DNA of 40,709 bases from a virus (taxonomy: Duplodnaviria; Caudoviricetes), in the IMG/VR virus record IMGVR_UViG_3300027887_000005, positions 1-40,709 of that record; one strand, 5' to 3'. Position 1 is the first letter of the stretch; each line of letters opens with the position of its first letter. Positions 36,149 to 40,709 of the stretch are shown in pieces. The position numbers and the translations under genes are program-made. A model generated the notes under the pieces. That model was not told the DNA's origin, did not search any database, and saw only the letters and a list, made by a program, of their open reading frames with translations.

Positions 36149-36281
36149 CCATCCAAACTCTGACGCTAATAGTCCATGACAACTAGAACAGCGGCGGTAA
36201 TTATTGGTTGACTAAAAGGGTTTCCCACACAGGAGGCATAATCTAGTTATGGAATGGACTTTCGGTGGTTTATCAGAATGG
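36149..36281 (-). ncRNA. Putative structured RNA element (long interrupted hairpin)
   Basis: Four nested helices; G-U pairs form only on the minus strand. Confidence 0.55.
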
Positions 36282-36300
36282 TAGCGGTTTTTTTTGCGCT

Positions 36301-36735
36301 CTAAATTTTCTTTATGGCGTTCATTATCTCGGTTAGGCGGTTGATCAGGTACGGGGTTTGTATCATGGGAAAACATTCGACCTCCTCTTGCAGTTTAAGT
36401 AGCATCTCAATGACTCTTGTTTTGGCAGGCAATGGTTTAGAAATCTCTATAGGTAATTTGCTAGTGACATCCCAAAGAATAACTTTGTGTCCGGTTATAG
36501 AGCAAAACTTTTCACCTACTTCCTTAAAGACACCCATATCCCGAAGCTCTGTAAATCTGGCCCGGGACTGGGTAATGTTTTTAATAGGCCTGCCGGCATT
36601 TAAAATTCTAAAGGCCTCAGCGGAAGTTAAGGGGCCGTTATTATAAACGACATTATAAACCTCCCACCTTCTTTCAGATAAAAGTCCTGACTCTTTTATT
36701 TTCATATATGCCTCTATTGAAGTTTCTCTAGTCAT
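36301..36735 (-). CDS. Winged-helix phage protein
   Basis: RETSIEAY...GPLTSAE...RARFTELRDMG...CSITG....W is a common phage wHTH pattern. Confidence 0.75.
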   Translation of the reverse strand: MTRETSIEAYMKIKESGLLSERRWEVYNVVYNNGPLTSAEAFRILNAGRPIKNITQSRARFTELRDMGVFKEVGEKFCSITGHKVILWDVTSKLPIEISKPLPAKTRVIEMLLKLQEEVECFPMIQTPYLINRLTEIMNAIKKI

Positions 36736-36959
36736 GGCCCCGCCTCGATTGCTTTTTCTAGATCAGTTATGGGGCCGTCTAACTTTTCCATAACAGTATT
36801 CATTCCAACCTCATATCCTTCTAAAAATATTTTACCTAAAAGGTTAAACATCGCTTCTCGAGACAATTCAAAATATCCCTTTTCATTTTTAAGAGGGTCA
36901 ATCTTTTCTAGCTCATCACAGATTTTAAAATTCACAAATTCCTCGATTTTAATAGTCAT
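36732..36959 (-). CDS. Hypothetical protein
   Basis: GAGGAG RBS; ATGA coupling. Confidence 0.7.
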   Translation of the reverse strand: MTIKIEEFVNFKICDELEKIDPLKNEKGYFELSREAMFNLLGKIFLEGYEVGMNTVMEKLDGPITDLEKAIEAGP

Positions 36960-36968
36960 AAAGTCTCC

Positions 36969-37367
36969 TCAAAAGGGGATATTGTCAGTCGTAAAAAGTT
37001 CATCTTGTTTAGTTTGGACTGGGACACTCTCATCTATTAGGTGTTGTTTATGTCCCATTGGGCCCAAAAACTCTAAATGTCGGGCCTCTACAATGGTCAT
37101 ATATTTCTTAGTTCCATCCTGCCCTAACCAGGAAACGTTTCTAGTCCTGCCCTCAATGCAAACCAGTCTGCCCTTATCTAGATATTGCTTTGCTAGCTCA
37201 GCAGTCTTTTCCCAGCACTGAATATTATGCCACTCAAGATCGTCCTTACCATCCTGGGTTTTTCCTTCTACGGTGCAAAGAGAAAATTTACATAAAGCCT
37301 TACCTGTTTTTGTGTAAGATAATTCTGGGTCTTTTCCTAGCCTACCAATTAAAATTTGCTTGTTCAT
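36969..37367 (-). CDS. ssb: Single-stranded DNA-binding protein
   Basis: MNK.ILIGRLGKDPE, EWH, YLDKG.LV.IEGR and the acidic tail DNIPF. Confidence 0.95.
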   Translation of the reverse strand: MNKQILIGRLGKDPELSYTKTGKALCKFSLCTVEGKTQDGKDDLEWHNIQCWEKTAELAKQYLDKGRLVCIEGRTRNVSWLGQDGTKKYMTIVEARHLEFLGPMGHKQHLIDESVPVQTKQDELFTTDNIPF

Positions 37368-38017
37368 TTTTTCTCCTTAGTTTTAGAAACAGATTGCTCT
37401 GCTTCCTTTATATAGTTAATCGCCTTGCCAATAAATTCATCTAGCTCAGTCAAAGACTTGGAAGGAATTTCCTTTAAATTACAATTAAAGATACCCTTGC
37501 AAATAGTATCTCGCTCCCTATCATTTTTAGTTTTATAGAAAAGTTTTGCTAAAAGAGGTTTTAACTCTTCTAAAAGCTCATGTTTTTCGTCAACAATGGC
37601 ATTAGGTGGAGTGGGTTTAGGTTGTCCTTTTGGCATGGCCTCTTCTCCGTCATCATCTCTTTGAACTATTCCCACTATGGCGGCAAGAGAATAGCGCCGA
37701 GCATAACTGATACAGCTCCCAACGGCCTGTGGGTCATCCTTGCCGGGTTTCATAGAAATAGAACCAGCAATCCATTGGCCTGATTTATGAAGGAGAATAG
37801 TTTTAATATTAACCCTACCCTCTGACGGTTCCCCTAATTGGACTACCGAAAGACCATTTTTAGTTAGAGGTTCCCGACATGCCTCCCAAACTGAACCAAG
37901 GTCAGCATAATGTGACTCGAAATAAGGATTTAAGGCCCCCGCCTTAGCTGCTCTTATCTCCGCTTGCGCCAGGGATAGAGCTGTTGCCAACTGATCTAAA
38001 TTTTCCGACTTTTCCAT
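37364..38017 (-). CDS. erf: ERF-family ssDNA annealing recombinase
   Basis: NPYF.S.YADL, L.H.SG.W and Q..GS.ISYARRYSL.A..GI...DDDG motifs; AGGAGG RBS before MEKSE. Confidence 0.93.
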   Translation of the reverse strand: MEKSENLDQLATALSLAQAEIRAAKAGALNPYFESHYADLGSVWEACREPLTKNGLSVVQLGEPSEGRVNIKTILLHKSGQWIAGSISMKPGKDDPQAVGSCISYARRYSLAAIVGIVQRDDDGEEAMPKGQPKPTPPNAIVDEKHELLEELKPLLAKLFYKTKNDRERDTICKGIFNCNLKEIPSKSLTELDEFIGKAINYIKEAEQSVSKTKEKK

Positions 38018-38240
38018 TAAACCTCCTAAGTTTTTTAAATCTAATATCCTTAGAAATTTCATCTAAGGCAGCATCTATATTAGTGTTTGATTTTAAAACT
38101 ATAATTCTAACCCCAGAACTCTTATCATAAGGAACCATAACTCCAGACCTTCTTGAACCCTCACAGTTTCCACAAGGATATTCCATAGCATTGACATTAA
38201 ATTCACTATACCCACAAGTATTGCAAATATTTTCAACCAT
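37944..38240 (-). CDS. Small Zn-finger protein
   Basis: GGAGG RBS; CNTCG...CGNCEG. The 3' end overlaps erf by about 70 nt. Confidence 0.6.
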   Translation of the reverse strand: MVENICNTCGYSEFNVNAMEYPCGNCEGSRRSGVMVPYDKSSGVRIIVLKSNTNIDAALDEISKDIRFKKLRRFNGKVGKFRSVGNSSIPGASGDKSS

Positions 38241-38249
38241 AATTCCTCC

Positions 38250-38335
38250 GTAAGAAAAATCACTATATAATAAAAACGTATATAATATTATATAAATTTT
38301 CGGATTTTTTTCTTTTTTTATAGATTTTATTTAAT
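38250..38335. promoter_or_regulatory. AT-rich promoter region with 16-bp palindrome
   Basis: TATATAATATTATATA at 38279-38294, containing TATAAT on both strands. Confidence 0.55.
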
Positions 38336-38349
38336 TTGAGCGCTGTTTC

Positions 38350-38840
38350 TTTATTAGTTTGGACTAATAAACACTAATTTTTAAAAAAAAGAGTTTTAAT
38401 CTAGACTCTTTTTAATTATCTTATCAGGATTAGCAAAATCGTGTTGATTTGGCGGAACTTAGAGGAAGCAGTTCTTTATGGCATCTATCTTATCTGGCCA
38501 TGTTCACCTAGATAAAACCCACCTCATCCCAGGCAAGAAAGGTACGTCCTCTCTGGGTAGCTTCACTAAGCGACTGGAGCACGAAACCGCTCCCAAGTGT
38601 AAATTTCCCTGGAAAATAAGGCAGTATGCCAGTAAGGCAGAGGAAAGAGCTTGTTGGTCATGCTCTCTATTGAGCAATTACTATGAAATGAGGTATGCCC
38701 CTACGACGGAGGCCGAGGGGCCTAGGAAGTCATTACTTAAAATATTTTTGACGACTTCGTACCTAGAATTGTAGTTGCGGTTCAGTTTCAGGACTGCTCC
38801 GACCACCATCAGTAAGTAAGGGTTTGGCCTTCCTTTGTCA
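38350..38840 (+). ncRNA. Putative large structured RNA or ssDNA element
   Basis: At least ten consecutive hairpins; most wobble pairs favour the + strand. Confidence 0.45.
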
Positions 38841-38849
38841 AGAATTATA

Positions 38850-39250
38850 TTTCTTACGTACAAAATACGTATTTAATTTATAAATATGCGAAAATACGAT
38901 CAAAACGTGATGATGGGCGTTAAAAAAAATGCGTACAAATTTTTGACCTAAAAAACACGTTTTTTCCTCCGAGGGCCTGCGAACAAATTTACAGAAAAAA
39001 ACGATTCTTTTGCGAGGGGCGATAAACGACCAAAAACTAAATCGTTAAAAATACAAGAAATTCGAAATCGGGTTCCCGGGATAGCCGAACCATGGGCTTA
39101 AAAATTGTTTTTTAGCGGTTTTTTCATCGAATTTGTGCCTCATCTGTAGATTCTTGTGTCCCGACATGGTCAAACGCTAAAAACGGCCGTTTTATTCGTT
39201 TTAAGCGCATATCTATAACCGCTCAAGTTTACTGGTCACTTTTCCGATCC
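38850..39250. other. CG-rich/A-tract non-coding region (candidate origin or pac region)
   Basis: Repeated AAAA(T)ACG-like motifs; palindromes AAATACGTATTT (38863-38874) and AAAACGGCCGTTTT (39180-39193). Confidence 0.4.
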
Positions 39251-39257
39251 TTTAAAT

Positions 39258-39449
39258 ATGATCACAATGGAAATTATACCACGAGGACGTAAAAAATTTG
39301 TTTGCCTAATTAAAGATAATGTCGCATTGCATACTATCATTCAGACCTTCGACTCTAAAGAGAAGGCCGTACAATGGGGGCGGCGTACCCTCTCCGCCCT
39401 CAAAGACGGCACTATCGAATGGGCAGAAATTAGGAAAGATATTCTTTAG
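39258..39449 (+). CDS. Small hypothetical protein
   Basis: 63 aa; TF.SK..A..W resembles small arm-type DNA-binding folds; no clear SD. Confidence 0.5.
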   Translation: MITMEIIPRGRKKFVCLIKDNVALHTIIQTFDSKEKAVQWGRRTLSALKDGTIEWAEIRKDIL

Positions 39450-39966
39450 GTGCCTTTGGCGATTGTCTCGAATATATTCGCACGAAATTTCCCGTGTTTT
39501 TAATTTTTATATAAAGTTCTTCCGTATCCGCACCCTTAATTGGCATATTCTTGATTGCCGGGTATGAACTCACTTTATAACCAGCAATCACCACTCCATT
39601 GCACACAATACCTTGCTTAATTAAAGATGGTATTTTCCTTTTACACAATATTCTTAAACCTAAAAATGGAAATTGTAGGTATCCATACCAAGTATGCAAT
39701 GTTTTCAATCCTTCCGTAACAATATGACATTTCTCTTCCGTAGACATTTGTAAAGGACGCCATATCTCTAAAGACTTATTAAGATCGTCCGTATGACAAG
39801 AAATTTCATCTATATGTACTTTTTTCCAATCCGTTTCCACGGTCTGCTTTTCATTGATCACTAAAAAACAATGAGACCATTTAGAGTTCATACATTTTGC
39901 CAGTAGACGATCAAACCATTTGTCATGAGAAATAACAAATCCTATGTCTCCTTTCTGAAATTCCAT
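39430..39966 (-). CDS. Permuted papain-like amidase (YiiX/YebB-like, NlpC/P60 superfamily)
   Basis: GDI..., WSHC (His), a conserved Tyr, then VCNGVV..GY (Cys): the His-before-Cys permuted order. Confidence 0.75.
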   Translation of the reverse strand: MEFQKGDIGFVISHDKWFDRLLAKCMNSKWSHCFLVINEKQTVETDWKKVHIDEISCHTDDLNKSLEIWRPLQMSTEEKCHIVTEGLKTLHTWYGYLQFPFLGLRILCKRKIPSLIKQGIVCNGVVIAGYKVSSYPAIKNMPIKGADTEELYIKIKNTGNFVRIYSRQSPKAPKEYLS

Positions 39967-39967
39967 A

Positions 39968-40709
39968 CTAGTCCTTTTCCGTAAGGATATGATCAACCCA
40001 GACATTATTCACTCCGGTGGATATGGAGGGATAATATTTTATTCTGACATATAGGCCTGGAATTATTTGTCCCGGTGATCCGTCGGGCGTCGTGATTTTA
40101 TTTTCAATATTAATATGACGAACCCACGAGGAATCGTATTCCTTAAGAACAACTTCATTGCCGTATCCGAGTATGTTATCAATGTCCACCACTTGAGAAA
40201 TAGCAAAATCGTCATCACCGAAATTATCACTATCGAAGAAAAGGCCCCACAACCAGTAATACTCACCTTTATCTGGGTAAGGAATACAGTAGTCCAAATT
40301 AACAGGACGTGAGTGAAAACAACTTCCATTCTCAAGATTTCCCTCCACCGTTATAACGCCGGAATTTACGGCCGCAATTCTGGCCCTTTTTTGAAAAAAA
40401 TCTTGACAAATAAAATCACCCTCTTCGACATCCAAAGATGAATTTATTGTGAACTGTTGTCCATTCTTGTTTGTCAACGTGGCAGCACAAGCATAGTCAC
40501 TAAAATCAAATCTTATTTTTGACATTCCCGCAGATTTTAATTCGTGTTCATTTTTAGGGGTGGTTGGAGTCACCTCCCCTGATATATGTTGAATATAATC
40601 ATCTAATAGGGGTTCTCCGGTATGATTAGAAACAATGGAATCTAAAATATCTTTTTCTTCAAGACTTATTTCCAACTTAAACCAAATGGTGGCCTGATCG
40701 GAAAAATAA
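39968..40709 (-). CDS. C-terminal part of the junction-spanning 279-aa protein (starts at 197)
   Basis: The frame is open through the terminal repeat; QVVDIDNILGYG motif. Confidence 0.8.
   Translation of the reverse strand, partial: YFSDQATIWFKLEISLEEKDILDSIVSNHTGEPLLDDYIQHISGEVTPTTPKNEHELKSAGMSKIRFDFSDYACAATLTNKNGQQFTINSSLDVEEGDFICQDFFQKRARIAAVNSGVITVEGNLENGSCFHSRPVNLDYCIPYPDKGEYYWLWGLFFDSDNFGDDDFAISQVVDIDNILGYGNEVVLKEYDSSWVRHINIENKITTPDGSPGQIIPGLYVRIKYYPSISTGVNNVWVDHILTEKD
40611..40709. repeat. 99-bp terminal direct repeat, right copy
   Basis: Identical to bases 1-99. Confidence 0.97.

Noticed and set aside
38271-38298. Possible dif-like XerCD site for integrase-free integration
   Set aside because: The XerD-like arm has three mismatches and there is no XerC arm at the right spacing; AT richness explains it.
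38776-38812. Hammerhead-like CTGATG...GAAAC on the minus strand
   Set aside because: The core reads CUGAUGG rather than CUGANGA, and stems I-III cannot be formed properly.
38478-38863. ORFs 38478-38774(+) and 38681-38863(-)
   Set aside because: No recognisable motifs, weak or misplaced RBSs, and they overlap dense hairpins. Treated as probably spurious, though not excluded.
1-40709. CRISPR array, tRNA, diversity-generating retroelement, introns or alternative genetic code
   Set aside because: No repeat-spacer array, cloverleaf, reverse transcriptase or TR/VR pair was seen, and the core genes are intact in the standard code.

Overview
The window is a complete, circularly assembled genome of a tailed dsDNA phage (Caudoviricetes, siphovirus-like layout). 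Its unique length is about 40,610 bp, because bases 1-99 repeat exactly at 40611-40709 and one gene reads through the junction. Most genes are on the minus strand. The late region runs: ParB-like/DNA methyltransferase fusion, small and large terminase, MuF/gp7, portal, protease-scaffold, decoration protein, major capsid, head-tail joining proteins, tail tube, a chaperone pair with a -1 frameshift, tape measure, an inserted HNH endonuclease, Dit/hub, minor tail and fibre genes, and a lysis cassette (M15 endolysin, holin-like and spanin-like genes, suggesting a Gram-negative host). It also carries two clusters of small accessory genes, an ERF/SSB/initiator/loader/Cro-like block, and a detached second cluster of virion-like genes ending in a permuted papain-like amidase. 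I saw no integrase, CI-type repressor, polymerase, tRNA, CRISPR array or reverse transcriptase. The most unusual observations are: (1) a 1037-aa fibre-like protein and its neighbour both carry classical Sec signal peptides inside the tail module; (2) a ~500-nt hairpin-dense non-coding element followed by a CG/A-tract region, in a phage whose O-like initiator appears to lack its N-terminal DNA-binding domain; (3) a second ~130-nt structured RNA abutting an RBS; (4) a G9 tract inside the methyltransferase. All family assignments come from motif recognition by eye, not from database searches.
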